Shown one piece after another: positions 19,253-29,965 of a DNA stretch of 64,000 bases. The position numbers and the translations under genes are program-made. Each line of letters opens with the position of its first letter. The stretch's first letter is position 1. The DNA is from an uncultured Alphaproteobacteria bacterium (GTDB taxonomy: Bacteria; Pseudomonadota; Alphaproteobacteria; UBA6615): assembly GCA_943787745.1 (NCBI GenBank), contig CALSNJ010000004.1:84983-148982 (forward strand). The letters run 5' to 3'. Under the pieces are notes generated by a model that was not told the DNA's origin, did not search any database, and worked only from the letters and a program-made list of their open reading frames with translations.

Positions 19253-20175
19253 TGTGCACCTTTTGGCGGGAACAGCCCTTGTGGCCGGAAGAACAGGATC
19301 GCGGCCATCAGGATATAAATCAGCATCGAGGAGACAGCCGGACCCGCGGACTCCGCCGCGTTGGCGGGCAGGAACAGCAGCAGCAGGACGTCCAGAAACG
19401 AACGGCCCAAAGTATCAATAAGACCGGTGACGATGGATGCGATGAACGCGCCGCGTATCGAACCGATCCCCCCGATCACGATCACCACAAAGGCGAGGAT
19501 CAGAACATCCTCCCCCATGCCAATGGCCGCCTGGGTGATCGGCGTGATGATCAGCCCGGCCAGCCCGGCAAGCACTGCCCCGATCCCGAAGACGATAGAG
19601 AAAAGCTTGGGAATATTCACACCGAGCGCCCCAGCCATGGTGCGGTTCGACGCCCCGGCCCGGATCAGCATGCCGATCCGGGTCTTGCCGACCAGCAGAT
19701 ACAGGCCAAAGGCGACCAGCAGGCCGATCACGATGATCACGATCCGGTAGACCGGATAGGTGATGCCAAAGCCCAGCGAGACAATTCCGTCCAGATAATC
19801 AGGCAGCGGCACCACAAGACCTTCGGGGCCCCAGATCAGGCGGACGGCCTCGTTGAAAAACAGAATCAGCCCGAAGGTCGCAAGCACCTGATCGAGGTGA
19901 TCGCGCGGATAGAGCGTGCGCAGGGTCGTCATTTCGACGACGACTCCGATCACCAGCATCGCCGGCACCATCAGGATCACACCGAGCACAAACGACCCGG
20001 TCAGCAGCGCAAAGGTGCCACCGACAAAGGCCCCGATCATGAACATTGAGCCATGGGCCAGATTTACCAAATCCATGATGCCGAAGACGAGCGTCAGCCC
20101 GGCGGCCATCAGGAACAGGATAATCCCGAGCTGAAACCCGTTTAGAACCTGTTCGGTGAGAAGGACGTAATCCAT
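19249..20175 (-). CDS. Liv-type ABC transporter permease (LivH-like)
   Basis: GLTLVFGIMDLVNLAHG, FVVIVIGGIGS, RPQGLF. Confidence 0.92.
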   Translation of the reverse strand: MDYVLLTEQVLNGFQLGIILFLMAAGLTLVFGIMDLVNLAHGSMFMIGAFVGGTFALLTGSFVLGVILMVPAMLVIGVVVEMTTLRTLYPRDHLDQVLATFGLILFFNEAVRLIWGPEGLVVPLPDYLDGIVSLGFGITYPVYRIVIIVIGLLVAFGLYLLVGKTRIGMLIRAGASNRTMAGALGVNIPKLFSIVFGIGAVLAGLAGLIITPITQAAIGMGEDVLILAFVVIVIGGIGSIRGAFIASIVTGLIDTLGRSFLDVLLLLFLPANAAESAGPAVSSMLIYILMAAILFFRPQGLFPPKGAQ

Positions 20176-20210
20176 AGCAACTGGGTAATCAGGCCGGAGC
20201 AGACATGCAA

Positions 20211-20234
20211 GCGGGGATACCGAAGTATCCCCGC
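20211..20234 (-). other. Intra-operon 10-bp hairpin with C(UUCG)G tetraloop after the binding-protein gene
   Basis: Minus strand GCGGGGATAC-TTCG-GTATCCCCGC, no U-tract. Confidence 0.6.
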
Positions 20235-20260
20235 GGGCACATTAGCTTTCCGAAACCCAA

Positions 20261-21439
20261 TCAGGGCATCTTGCACTGGCTGGCATAAGGATCCTGATGG
20301 TCCTTGAGAACCACGCGACCCCCAGCCGTGGTCCAGTTGCCGTCGGCATCCTTGACCACCGTGCGTTCATAGAAGTTCTGGATGGGGAAATGATTGTTGC
20401 CCATCGTGAACTTGCCACGCACAGACGGGAAATCCGCTTTCTTGAGCGCGGCGCGCATGCCAGCTGTGTTGAGCACGTCACCATTCACCGCCTCGATGGC
20501 CGACTTGATGTACATGATCGAGTCATAGCTTTGCGCGGCATAGAAGGACGGATAGCGACCATATTTGGCCCGGAAATCCGCCACAAACTTCTTGTTGGCG
20601 GGGTTGTCCAGATCCGGCGCCCAGAACTGGGTCATCTTGGTGCCCAGCACGGTTTCCATATTGGCCTTCTGGAAAAGGGGCAGACTGATCGAATCCAGTG
20701 TGTAGACCGAGTAAAGCGGCACAGTACCGGCAAGACCCGCCTGCTGGTACTGCTTGATGAAGGCCGGTCCGGCCGGCCCCGGGTAGAAGGTGAAGACACC
20801 TTCAGGCTTGGCGGCCTTGACCTTGGAGAGTTCTGCAGACCAGTCACGCTGGGACGGCCAGACGGTCATGTCCTTGCCGACAATCTTGCCCTTGAAGGTG
20901 CGTTCCACGCCAGCAACCATATTCTGGCCCGCCGCATAGTTCGGTGCCACCAGATAAAGCGATTCAACGCCCTCCTGATTCAGCAACTCACCGAGCGCCA
21001 TCGGCGTCTGGTCATTCTGCCAGGCGATATTGAAGAAGTTCTGATTGCATTGGGCACCTGCGAGCGGCGACGGGCCGGCATTGGCGCTGATCAGGATCTT
21101 GCCTTCATTGAGAACCACAGGCGCAGAGGCCAGCAGGACGTTGGACCAGATGTAACCGGCCACGATGTCGACATTGTCGCTGAGCACCAGACGTTCGGTC
21201 GCCTGCTTGCCCTTCTGTGAATTGAATTCATCATCAGCGTAGATAATCTCGACATCGAGATTGGCCATCTTGCCACCAATATGCTCAACCGCCAGATCAA
21301 CAGCATCGCGCATATCCTTGCCGATCACCGCCACCGGCGTGGTCAAGGTGGTGACAAAGCCGATCTTGACCTTGTCGGCAGCCGCAGGGCTTGCCAGGAG
21401 AGTCAGCAGTGCTGCTGATCCCACGATTTTTTTCAACAT
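20261..21439 (-). CDS. Liv-type ABC substrate-binding protein (probably aromatic acid binding)
   Basis: Signal peptide MLKKIVGSAALLTLLASPAAA, KIGFVTTL, ISANAGPS, WQNDQ, NYAAG; GGAGG upstream; substrate inferred from the neighbouring box cluster. Confidence 0.88.
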   Translation of the reverse strand: MLKKIVGSAALLTLLASPAAADKVKIGFVTTLTTPVAVIGKDMRDAVDLAVEHIGGKMANLDVEIIYADDEFNSQKGKQATERLVLSDNVDIVAGYIWSNVLLASAPVVLNEGKILISANAGPSPLAGAQCNQNFFNIAWQNDQTPMALGELLNQEGVESLYLVAPNYAAGQNMVAGVERTFKGKIVGKDMTVWPSQRDWSAELSKVKAAKPEGVFTFYPGPAGPAFIKQYQQAGLAGTVPLYSVYTLDSISLPLFQKANMETVLGTKMTQFWAPDLDNPANKKFVADFRAKYGRYPSFYAAQSYDSIMYIKSAIEAVNGDVLNTAGMRAALKKADFPSVRGKFTMGNNHFPIQNFYERTVVKDADGNWTTAGGRVVLKDHQDPYASQCKMP

Positions 21440-21530
21440 TTTCAGTCTCCTCCCTGAAAGATTGGCGCTATCGGAACACAACACTCCCCATAAGAAAAGC
21501 GCCCGCCGGGTAAGCCTTTGGATTGATGTC

Positions 21531-23630
21531 CTAGCGGGTAAAAGCTCCACCCTCTTTTGCCAGCCTTGTAAGCAACGGCGAAGGCTCCCAGAGCTTGCCG
21601 TGTTCGGCGTGAAATTCCCTCACCCGTTGGTCGATTTCCGGCAGGCCGATTTCGTCGGCCGTAAACATGATCCCACCGCGCCAGCGCGGATAAGCAAAGC
21701 CGTAGAGCCACATGATATCGATATCCGAAGCCCGTGCCGCGATGCCTTCATCGAGGATTTTCGCGCCTTCATTGATCGCGGCGTAAAGACACCGTTCGCG
21801 GATTTCATCATCGGATATGTCGCGACGCGGGGTCCCCTGCTCTTTGGCAACTTCGATGGCAATGGCCTCGGTTTCAGGATCGGGCACCGGGCGGCGACCG
21901 CCGTCCTCATAGCTGTACCAGCCCTTGCCGGCCTTGATTCCAAAGCGACCCAGCTCACACATCCGGTCGGCCAGATGCATGTAGCGATGCGCGGGGTCAT
22001 GCTGATCGGCCAGCGATTGTCGCATCCGCCAGCTCACATCCAGCCCGGAAAGATCGCTCACGGCCAGCGGCCCCATGGGCATACCAAGTCCGGTCAACAC
22101 GGCGTCCACTTGGGCTGGCGACGCGCCCTCCTCAACCAGAAATGTTGCCTCCCGGACCATCGGCAAACGCGAACGATTGGCGATAAAACCATGGCAAACC
22201 CGGGCCAGCACGCCGATCTTTCCGGTTTTCTTGGCCAGTGCCATGCCTGTCGCGATGGCATCCGGCGCGGCCTTGGCCGGACGCACAACTTCGAGCAGCC
22301 GCATGGCGTTGGCGGGTACGAAGTAATGCAGACCAATCACATCTTCCGGACGGGACGTCGCGGCGGCGATTGCATCGATATCCATATAGGACGTGTTCGT
22401 CGCAAGGATCGCGCCCGGTTTGGCGACCTTGTCCAGATCGCCGAAGATCTGCTTCTTCACATCAAGGTCTTCAAACGCGGCCTCGATCACCAGATCGGTG
22501 TTCGACAGCGCCTCAAACCCAACGGCACCGGTAATCCGCGCGAGGCGTTCGTCTTTCTCCGCCGCATCAATGCGTCCGCGCTGGACCATCCCGTCATACA
22601 GCTTGACGATCTCCGTCATGCCGTTGTCGAGTGCCTCCTGGGATGTCTCGACGACTGTCACCGGCAGCCCGGAATCGGCCAGGCTGGCCACGATTCCCCG
22701 CCCCATGGTGCCTGCCCCAATCACACCCGTGCTGGCGATCTCACGTGGTGCGATCTCCTTGCCAATATCGGGAATTTTCGAAGCTTCACGTTCGGCAAAG
22801 AACGCGTAACGCAGTGCCTGGGACTGATCGCTGTTCTTGCAGAGCTCAAACCGTTTGCGATCAGCCTGCACCGCGTCCGGATAGGACATCGTCATGCCAT
22901 CGACAACGCTGTCGATCGCCTGATGGGGAGAATCCTGACCTCGCATCCGGCGGTTTGCGAGCTCGCGATATTTCTCGATGGTCTCGGCGTGGTCTTCGGG
23001 AGACCCGATGCCCGTACGCGGTTCGCTGGAAATACGCCGCGGTGTGCCATCGGCGATGATCTTCTCTGCAAAGGCGACCGCGCCCGCGCGCAGATCACCC
23101 TCGATGAGGTCATCAACGATCCCGTATTCCAGAGCTGTGGCCGCACCCACCGGTTTGCCAAGGACAATCAGCTCCAACGCATGATCCAGCCCGGCCACCC
23201 GGGGCAGCCGCTGGGTGCCCGCCGCACCCGGGAATATGCCGAGATTCACTTCCGGCGTGCCCATACGGGCGCTGGGAACGGCAACGCGGAAATGGCAGCC
23301 CAGTGCCAGCTCCAACCCGCCGCCCAGGGCAGTGCCGTGAATCGCGGCCACGATGGGTTTCTCAATCGTATCGAGATGATCAACAATCGCGATCAGATGC
23401 GGCTCAAGGGTCGGCTGGTCAAACTCCCGGATATCCGCACCTGCCGGGAATGTTCGCCCCAAACCGATCAGCACAATGGCTTCCACACTGTCATCGGCTG
23501 CCGCGCGATCCACCTGCGCCATAATGCCTTCGCGCACCCCGATTCCCAGCGCGTTGACCGGTGGGTTATCGATGGGCAGAATTGCAACGCGGCCTTCGGT
23601 TTCATAACCGACGAGATCACTCATTTTCAT
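21531..23630 (-). CDS. Bifunctional enoyl-CoA hydratase / 3-hydroxyacyl-CoA dehydrogenase (PimF/FadN-like)
   Basis: [44 protein letters not shown]. Confidence 0.92.
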   Translation of the reverse strand: MKMSDLVGYETEGRVAILPIDNPPVNALGIGVREGIMAQVDRAAADDSVEAIVLIGLGRTFPAGADIREFDQPTLEPHLIAIVDHLDTIEKPIVAAIHGTALGGGLELALGCHFRVAVPSARMGTPEVNLGIFPGAAGTQRLPRVAGLDHALELIVLGKPVGAATALEYGIVDDLIEGDLRAGAVAFAEKIIADGTPRRISSEPRTGIGSPEDHAETIEKYRELANRRMRGQDSPHQAIDSVVDGMTMSYPDAVQADRKRFELCKNSDQSQALRYAFFAEREASKIPDIGKEIAPREIASTGVIGAGTMGRGIVASLADSGLPVTVVETSQEALDNGMTEIVKLYDGMVQRGRIDAAEKDERLARITGAVGFEALSNTDLVIEAAFEDLDVKKQIFGDLDKVAKPGAILATNTSYMDIDAIAAATSRPEDVIGLHYFVPANAMRLLEVVRPAKAAPDAIATGMALAKKTGKIGVLARVCHGFIANRSRLPMVREATFLVEEGASPAQVDAVLTGLGMPMGPLAVSDLSGLDVSWRMRQSLADQHDPAHRYMHLADRMCELGRFGIKAGKGWYSYEDGGRRPVPDPETEAIAIEVAKEQGTPRRDISDDEIRERCLYAAINEGAKILDEGIAARASDIDIMWLYGFAYPRWRGGIMFTADEIGLPEIDQRVREFHAEHGKLWEPSPLLTRLAKEGGAFTR

Positions 23631-23728
23631 CCCCTTATCAGGGCGCCGGTTCGTTGAATTTTACCGCCAGCGCGTCTGTGGTGGCCATGATGCGGAACCG
23701 CGTGCGTGCGGTCAATTGGAGTAGAAAC

Positions 23729-24205
23729 GTGGCAAAATATTCCCATCCCGATGCCTTTCTGGACCTCGTCGGTCAGGAGATTGTGGTCAGTGACTGGCAC
23801 ACGATCACACAGGACCAGATCGACCAGTTCGCCGCCGCCACGGGAGACCATCAGTGGCTGCATGTGGACACCGACCGGGCCGCCAAGGAAATGCCCGATG
23901 GCAAAACCATTGCCCACGGCTTTCTGGTCCTCTCGCTGATCCCCGGCATGGCCGCTGACCTCGGTGATGTCGACAACCTCAACAACACGATCAACTATGG
24001 CCTAAACAAGGTTCGCTTCACGGCCATGGTGCAGGTGAACTCCCGCGTTCGCTTGCGGCAAACCCTCAAATCCGCAGAGAAACGCGCCGATGGCAGCGTC
24101 CATCTGGTTTTTGAGGGCACCATGGATATGGAAGGCAGCGAACGCCCGGCCATGGTCGCCGAAACCATCCGGCGGCTTTACCCGACGCCGGGCATGACCG
24201 CATGA
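23729..24205 (+). CDS. MaoC-family (hotdog) dehydratase
   Basis: FAAATGDHQWLHVD, TIAHGFL, NYGLNKVRF; GTG start after GGAG. Confidence 0.88.
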   Translation: MAKYSHPDAFLDLVGQEIVVSDWHTITQDQIDQFAAATGDHQWLHVDTDRAAKEMPDGKTIAHGFLVLSLIPGMAADLGDVDNLNNTINYGLNKVRFTAMVQVNSRVRLRQTLKSAEKRADGSVHLVFEGTMDMEGSERPAMVAETIRRLYPTPGMTA

Positions 24206-25272
24206 GCCCCGCCGACCGCACATTCTCGCGCACCGATCAGGTGGTGCCGGTTCTCGAACAGCACCGGTTCGACACCGCGCCGCTGGTCGCCTGGATGGAG
24301 ACCAACATCGAAGGCTTTGCCGGCCCCATCGAGATCGCGCAGTTTCAGGGCGGGATGTCGAACCCGACCTTTTTGCTGACAGACGCCAATCAGTGCCGCT
24401 ACGTCCTGCGCAAAAAACCGCCGGGGGAATTGCTGCCATCCGCCCATGCCGTCGACCGGGAACACCGGATCACCAGCGCATTGGGACCAACGCCTGTCCC
24501 CGTCGTGCGGACATTGGCGCTGTGTGAAGACACGTCCATTGTCGGCACCGAGTTTTTCCTGATGGATCACGCCAATGGCCGGGTGTTCCATGATCCCTCG
24601 CTGCCAGACTCCACACCTCAAGAACGCAGCGCAGTTTACGCCTCAATGATCGAGACCCTGGCCGCCTTGCATCAGGTGGATTTCGAAAAAGTCGGACTGA
24701 GCGACTACGGACGGGTTGGCGGCTATATGGGCCGTCAGGTTGCCCGCTGGTCGAAGCAGTACGAAGCCAGCAAGACAGATGAGCTTCCAGAAATGGACAA
24801 GCTCATGGTCTGGCTGCCCGAGAACATGCCCGACGACAGCGAGACCACCATCGTCCACGGGGATTTCCGGTTGGAGAACCTCGTCGTGGCGCACAATTCA
24901 GCCGATGTGATCGCCGTGCTCGATTGGGAACTCTCCACACTCGGGCATCCGCTCTCCGACCTTGCCTATAACTGCCTGCCCTATCACTGGCCGGAGGAAT
25001 CCTTCGGGGATATGCGTGGGCTTGACCCGAGCACGCCGGGCATACCCTCCGAAGAAGATTATGTCGCCGCCTACTGCCGCCATGCCGGACGGGGCGAGAT
25101 CGAGAATTGGACCTTCTATCTCGTGCTCTCGCTGTTCCGCCTCGCCGCAATCATTCAGGGGGTCTACTACCGGGGCCTTCAGGGCAACGCGTCCTCTCCT
25201 GAAGCGCTGTTGCGCCGGGACCTGACACGACAGCTGTCTATCCGCGCATGGCATCTCGTCCAACAAGGGTAA
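24202..25272 (+). CDS. APH-family phosphotransferase (ACAD10/11 kinase-domain-like)
   Basis: QFQGGMSNPTF, RKKPPGELLPSAHAVDRE, VHGDFRLEN, LDWELSTLGHP. Confidence 0.9.
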   Translation: MSPADRTFSRTDQVVPVLEQHRFDTAPLVAWMETNIEGFAGPIEIAQFQGGMSNPTFLLTDANQCRYVLRKKPPGELLPSAHAVDREHRITSALGPTPVPVVRTLALCEDTSIVGTEFFLMDHANGRVFHDPSLPDSTPQERSAVYASMIETLAALHQVDFEKVGLSDYGRVGGYMGRQVARWSKQYEASKTDELPEMDKLMVWLPENMPDDSETTIVHGDFRLENLVVAHNSADVIAVLDWELSTLGHPLSDLAYNCLPYHWPEESFGDMRGLDPSTPGIPSEEDYVAAYCRHAGRGEIENWTFYLVLSLFRLAAIIQGVYYRGLQGNASSPEALLRRDLTRQLSIRAWHLVQQG

Positions 25273-25282
25273 GCTGAGCACC

Positions 25283-26905
25283 ATGACCGACGAATTCGAC
25301 TACATCATTATCGGGGCCGGCTCAGCGGGTTGTGTACTCGCAAACCGTCTTTCGGCGGGCGATGCCACGGTTTGCCTACTCGAAGCTGGCGGGCGCGATA
25401 TCAACCCGATGATTCACATCCCGGCCGGGTTCATGAAAACCCTGACCGACAAACGGGTGAACTGGCTGTTCCAAAGCGAACCCGGCGAAGGCACCGCCGG
25501 CCGCCGCATTCCCGCGCCGCGCGGGAAAGTCCTTGGCGGATCCAGCTCCATCAACGGGCATGTCTACAACCGCGGCCCCCACAACGACTTCAACACCTGG
25601 TCGCAATTGGGAAATCGTGGCTGGAGTTACGCTGACGTCCTCCCCTACTTCAAACGCAGCGAAAACCGGATCGGAGATGGTGACGACGGCTACCATGGCC
25701 ATGACGGTGAGCTCGCGGTCACCGATATCGACGATCATGATCCGGTCTGCGATGCCTTCATCGATGGTGTCGAGAATATGGGCATCCCTCGCAACCCGGA
25801 TTACAACGGCGCCAATCAGGCTGGTGTCGGTTACTTCCAGCGCACAATCAAGAACGGGCGGCGCATGAGCGCCGCGGTGTCCTTCCTCAATCCGGTGCGA
25901 CACCGAAAGAATCTCGATATCCGCACGAATACCCATGTCGAACGCATCTTGTTCAAAGGCCGTCGTGCCGTCGCCGTGCGCTACAAACGTGGAGGCAACA
26001 CGGTTGAAGTCAAAGCCCGCCGGGAGATCATCCTGTCCGGTGGCTCCGTCGCCTCGCCGCAAATGCTTCAGGTGTCCGGTGTTGGTCCGGCAAGTCTGCT
26101 CAAAGACATCGGTGTGCCGGTGACCCACAACCTGCCGGCTGTGGGTGAAAACCTAAGTGACCACTACGCGGTACGCATCGCCAACCGCGTCGCCGGGCAA
26201 TCGACCATCAACGAACGTTCACGCGGGCTGGCACTGGGTCGCGAGATCGGGAAATGGCTCCTCACCCGCAAGGGAATTTTGTCCCTTTCACCCTCGCTGG
26301 CCTATGTCTTCTGGAAATCCCACGAAAGTCTGGAAGACCCCGACCTGCAGTTCATCTTCACCCCGGCCAGCTACATGCAGGGTGTACCGTCCCAGCTCGA
26401 GACCTATCCGGGCATGACCATTGCCTGCTGGACCATGCGCCCCCAAAGCCGTGGCTATATCCGCGCCCAATCAGCCCACACCCGGGACGCCCCCGCGATC
26501 CAGCCAAACTATCTTTCCCACGAATATGATCAGCAGGTGCTGCTCGCCGGTCTGCGTCTGGGCCGGGATATGATGCAAACACCCGAGATGGCCGCGGTGT
26601 TCGATCACGAGACCACCCCCGGCAAAGACGTACAGAGCGATGACGAAATTCTCGACTACGCGCGGGCCATGGGCACGACGGTGTTTCACCTGATGGGGTC
26701 CTGTCGCATGGGCCCGGCATCCGACAACAACAGCGTGGTCGATGATGAACTTCGGGTGCACGGTATCGAAGGATTGCGTGTCGTGGATGCCTCGGTGATG
26801 CCGACGGCGCATTCAACCAACACCAATGCCGCAACGATCATGATCGCCGAAAAGGCCTCCGACATGATCCTTGGGAAAACGCCACCGCCTGCAGCGGAAC
26901 TGTAA
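25283..26905 (+). CDS. GMC family FAD oxidoreductase (choline dehydrogenase-like)
   Basis: IIGAGSAGCVLANRLS, RGKVLGGSSSING, GLRVVDASVMP, NTNAATIMIAEK. Confidence 0.92.
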   Translation: MTDEFDYIIIGAGSAGCVLANRLSAGDATVCLLEAGGRDINPMIHIPAGFMKTLTDKRVNWLFQSEPGEGTAGRRIPAPRGKVLGGSSSINGHVYNRGPHNDFNTWSQLGNRGWSYADVLPYFKRSENRIGDGDDGYHGHDGELAVTDIDDHDPVCDAFIDGVENMGIPRNPDYNGANQAGVGYFQRTIKNGRRMSAAVSFLNPVRHRKNLDIRTNTHVERILFKGRRAVAVRYKRGGNTVEVKARREIILSGGSVASPQMLQVSGVGPASLLKDIGVPVTHNLPAVGENLSDHYAVRIANRVAGQSTINERSRGLALGREIGKWLLTRKGILSLSPSLAYVFWKSHESLEDPDLQFIFTPASYMQGVPSQLETYPGMTIACWTMRPQSRGYIRAQSAHTRDAPAIQPNYLSHEYDQQVLLAGLRLGRDMMQTPEMAAVFDHETTPGKDVQSDDEILDYARAMGTTVFHLMGSCRMGPASDNNSVVDDELRVHGIEGLRVVDASVMPTAHSTNTNAATIMIAEKASDMILGKTPPPAAEL

Positions 26906-26909
26906 TTTT

Positions 26910-28151
26910 CTAATTCGTTGCCAGTTCCAGCAGCGCACCCAGCAGGACCTGCCCACCCGCGGTTGACCACTCGGTCGAGATGTCTTCGGCTTCGTTGTGG
27001 CTGATGCCGTCAACGCAGGGAATGAAGATCATCGAGGTGGGTGCAACGGCAGCGATGTAGCAGGCATCATGGCCCGCTCCCGACGTCATCTCGCGCGCGG
27101 CAAAGTCACGTGCCCGGGCGGCATTTCGCACGGCAGACACGCAGCGTTCATCAAACACGATCGGTGCGATATAAAAAATCTGCTCGAATTCGGACTCCAA
27201 GCCAATATTATCGGCGATCTTCGTCAGACCATCACGCAACTTTGCATCCATTTCGGCCAGAACATCATCATCCGGGTGCCGGAACTCCGAGGTCAGAAAG
27301 ACTTGTCCCGGGATCACGTTGCGTGAATTCGGGTAGGATTCGATCATCCCCACGGTCGAACGCGCATCGGGGGCATATTCCATCCCGATCGCATTGACCA
27401 ACTCGATAACCCGGGCCGCGCCCAGCAGCGCATCCCTGCGACGGTCCATGGGAGTGCTTCCCGCATGGGATTCCTGGCCCGTGAGCGTATATTCATACCA
27501 GCGCTGTCCTTGTGCCTTGGTCACAATGCCAATAAGCGCATCCTCTTCTTCAAGGATCGGACCCTGCTCGATATGGGCTTCCACATAAGCGTGGAATTCT
27601 CGTCCGCCGACGGGCATGTCCCCCGCATAACCGATACGCTTCAACTCGGCACCGAGTGTCACGCCATCCACATCTTCCTTGGCATGTGCCTCTTCCAGTG
27701 TGAAAGCGCCGGCAAAAACACCCGACGAAATCATAGCCGGGGCAAACCGGCTGCCCTCCTCATTCGTCCAGCAGACCACCTCGATGGGATGATCGGTCTC
27801 ATACGCCATGTCGTTGAGACTGCGGATGACCTCCAGCCCGGCGAGAACGCCATAAACGCCATCGAACTTGCCCCCGGTTGGCTGGGTATCGAGATGGCTG
27901 CCCGTCACCACCGGCGGGAGGTTGTCGTCCCGGCCCGCACGCCGCGCGAAGATGTTGCCCATCGCATCAACGCGCACCGTGCATCCTGCGGCTTCACACC
28001 ACGACACAAACAGATCGCGTCCCTCACGGTCCTCATCGGTCAGCGCAAGGCGGCGATTGCCCCCCGCCACACCGGGGCCGATCTTCGCCATTTCCATCAG
28101 GCTGTCCCAAAGCCGATCCCCGTCGATCGAGAGGTTGCGCGGTTCGTTCAT
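26910..28151 (-). CDS. M20 Zn-dependent N-carbamoyl-amino acid hydrolase / beta-ureidopropionase family
   Basis: GSHLDTQPTGGKFDG, NEEGSRF, EAHIEQGP, HAGSTPM, SGAGHDA, GISHN. Confidence 0.92.
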   Translation of the reverse strand: MNEPRNLSIDGDRLWDSLMEMAKIGPGVAGGNRRLALTDEDREGRDLFVSWCEAAGCTVRVDAMGNIFARRAGRDDNLPPVVTGSHLDTQPTGGKFDGVYGVLAGLEVIRSLNDMAYETDHPIEVVCWTNEEGSRFAPAMISSGVFAGAFTLEEAHAKEDVDGVTLGAELKRIGYAGDMPVGGREFHAYVEAHIEQGPILEEEDALIGIVTKAQGQRWYEYTLTGQESHAGSTPMDRRRDALLGAARVIELVNAIGMEYAPDARSTVGMIESYPNSRNVIPGQVFLTSEFRHPDDDVLAEMDAKLRDGLTKIADNIGLESEFEQIFYIAPIVFDERCVSAVRNAARARDFAAREMTSGAGHDACYIAAVAPTSMIFIPCVDGISHNEAEDISTEWSTAGGQVLLGALLELATN

Positions 28152-28242
28152 GATTTCATCTCCATCCCGCACCGCCACCAGTGGCAAGCCTGCGGGCAAG
28201 TCGATACCATAATGATCCCCGCCACGAATTCCAGACACCCAG

Positions 28243-29865
28243 ATGCTCGAACAGACCGGACGCCCCGTCACCATGGCCCCAAATGCCATGGTCACCTCCC
28301 CACATTCACTGGCCTCTGCTGCGGGCGTGGATGTCCTGCGGGCCGGCGGGTCCGCTGTTGACGCGGCCATGGCAACAAGTGCCGCTCTGGCCGTGCTGTA
28401 CCCGCATATGACGACAATCGGCGGAGACGCATTCTGGCTGATCCATGACGCCAAATCCGGCGACATCAAATATCTGAATGGTGGCGGCCGGGCGGTGAAG
28501 GCAGCGACCCGAGACAACATGAAAGACCGCGGCCTCGACGAAATTCCGTTCCGTGGCATTGTGCCGGCCACGATCACGGTACCGGGCGCTCTGGCGAGCT
28601 GGGTCGAGGCGCACGCCGCCTATGGCAAACTGCCAATGACCCGCATTGTCGAAAGTGCGGTCGGCTATGCCCGGGACGGGTTCCCGGCCACTAAACGTGT
28701 CTCGGACATGATCGCCCAGAACAAGGACCTCGTGAGCCAGGTCGCCGAGACAGCCGAAATTCTGCTGCCCGGCGGCGACGTCCCCAGGCCCGGCGACAAG
28801 ATCGTCAACCCGAACCTCGCCCGCACCCTCGAGATTTTTGCAGAACAGGGCCGGGATGGCTTCTACGCCGGTGAGGTCGCGCAGGAAATCGTCCGCGCCA
28901 CACAAGCACTCGGCGGGCTTGTCACGATGGAAGATTTCGCCGGACAGCACGCCCAGTGGAGTGATCCGATCTCCACAGACTATCGGGGCGTCACCGTCTT
29001 CAACACACCGCCGCCCACACAAGGCATCACCGTGTTGCAGATGCTCAACCTGCTGGAGCGCTACGACCTCTCCAGCATGCCGTTTCTGGGACCCGATCAT
29101 GTACATCTGATGGTCGAAGCCAAGCAGCTGGCCTTCCATGACCGCGACCTGCTGATTGCCGATCCTGATTTTGCCGATATTCCCGTCGCGCGGCTTCTGT
29201 CCAAATCATATGCCGAGGAACGCAGCGCGCTGATCGACATGACATCGGCCATACCGTGGGATCAGGTCCCCTCCTATGGCAGCCTCGATGGCGATACGGT
29301 CTTCATGGCTGTGGTTGATGCCGAAGGGAATGCCGTGTCCCTGATCCAGAGCCTCTATTCCGCCTTTGGCTCCGGCGTGGTGGCCGGGAACACCGGAGTG
29401 ATGCTGCAGAATCGCGGCTCCTATTTCTCTCTCGACCCCGATCATCCCAACACGCTGGAACCGGGCAAAATCCCGCTGCACACGCTCATCGCATCGATGA
29501 CGAAACGCGACGGGAAACTCTGGTCCTTACTGGGTTGTCAGGGCGCGGACGGTCAGCCGCAGGTCCAGCTTCAGCTGCATGTCGACATGATCGATTTCGG
29601 GCTGGATATCCAGCAGGCGCTCGAACAGCCCCGGTTCCTGTCGGGCCGGATCGGCCTGACCGAGCCGCGCGATCCGTTGCACGTCGAAGGACGGATATCT
29701 GAAGAAACGATTTCCGAACTGGCCGCCCGCGGCCACAAGATGAATGTATGGCCAGCCTGGCAGAACCGCGCCGGCCAGGCCCATGGCATCGTCATTGATC
29801 CGGAAACCGGAACGCTATCCGGCGGCTCCGACCCGCGCAGCGACGGCGCTGCAATCGGGTACTAG
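28243..29865 (+). CDS. Gamma-glutamyltransferase family Ntn hydrolase
   Basis: GGSAVDAA, PPPTQG, autocleavage GDTVF, QNRG, SDPRSDG. Confidence 0.92.
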   Translation: MLEQTGRPVTMAPNAMVTSPHSLASAAGVDVLRAGGSAVDAAMATSAALAVLYPHMTTIGGDAFWLIHDAKSGDIKYLNGGGRAVKAATRDNMKDRGLDEIPFRGIVPATITVPGALASWVEAHAAYGKLPMTRIVESAVGYARDGFPATKRVSDMIAQNKDLVSQVAETAEILLPGGDVPRPGDKIVNPNLARTLEIFAEQGRDGFYAGEVAQEIVRATQALGGLVTMEDFAGQHAQWSDPISTDYRGVTVFNTPPPTQGITVLQMLNLLERYDLSSMPFLGPDHVHLMVEAKQLAFHDRDLLIADPDFADIPVARLLSKSYAEERSALIDMTSAIPWDQVPSYGSLDGDTVFMAVVDAEGNAVSLIQSLYSAFGSGVVAGNTGVMLQNRGSYFSLDPDHPNTLEPGKIPLHTLIASMTKRDGKLWSLLGCQGADGQPQVQLQLHVDMIDFGLDIQQALEQPRFLSGRIGLTEPRDPLHVEGRISEETISELAARGHKMNVWPAWQNRAGQAHGIVIDPETGTLSGGSDPRSDGAAIGY

Positions 29866-29871
29866 GCACAG

Positions 29872-29943
29872 AAAGCCTCATGCTGAGCTTGTCGAAGTAT
29901 GGGGTGCGCCCTCCCCCTTCGTCAGGCTCAGGGTGAGGGCTTT
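29872..29943. repeat. Intergenic palindromic repeat (CCTCA...CTGAGCTTGTCGAAG...CTTCG...GCTCAGGGTGAGG type)
   Basis: Long imperfect inverted repeat between convergent genes. Confidence 0.7.
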
Positions 29944-29965
29944 GAAGAACAGGCGCTGACTTAAG

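Noticed and set aside
21261-23657. 798-aa plus-strand ORF, one of the longest in the track
   Set aside because: Lies antisense to the PimF-like gene; long shadow frames are expected in GC-rich coding DNA.
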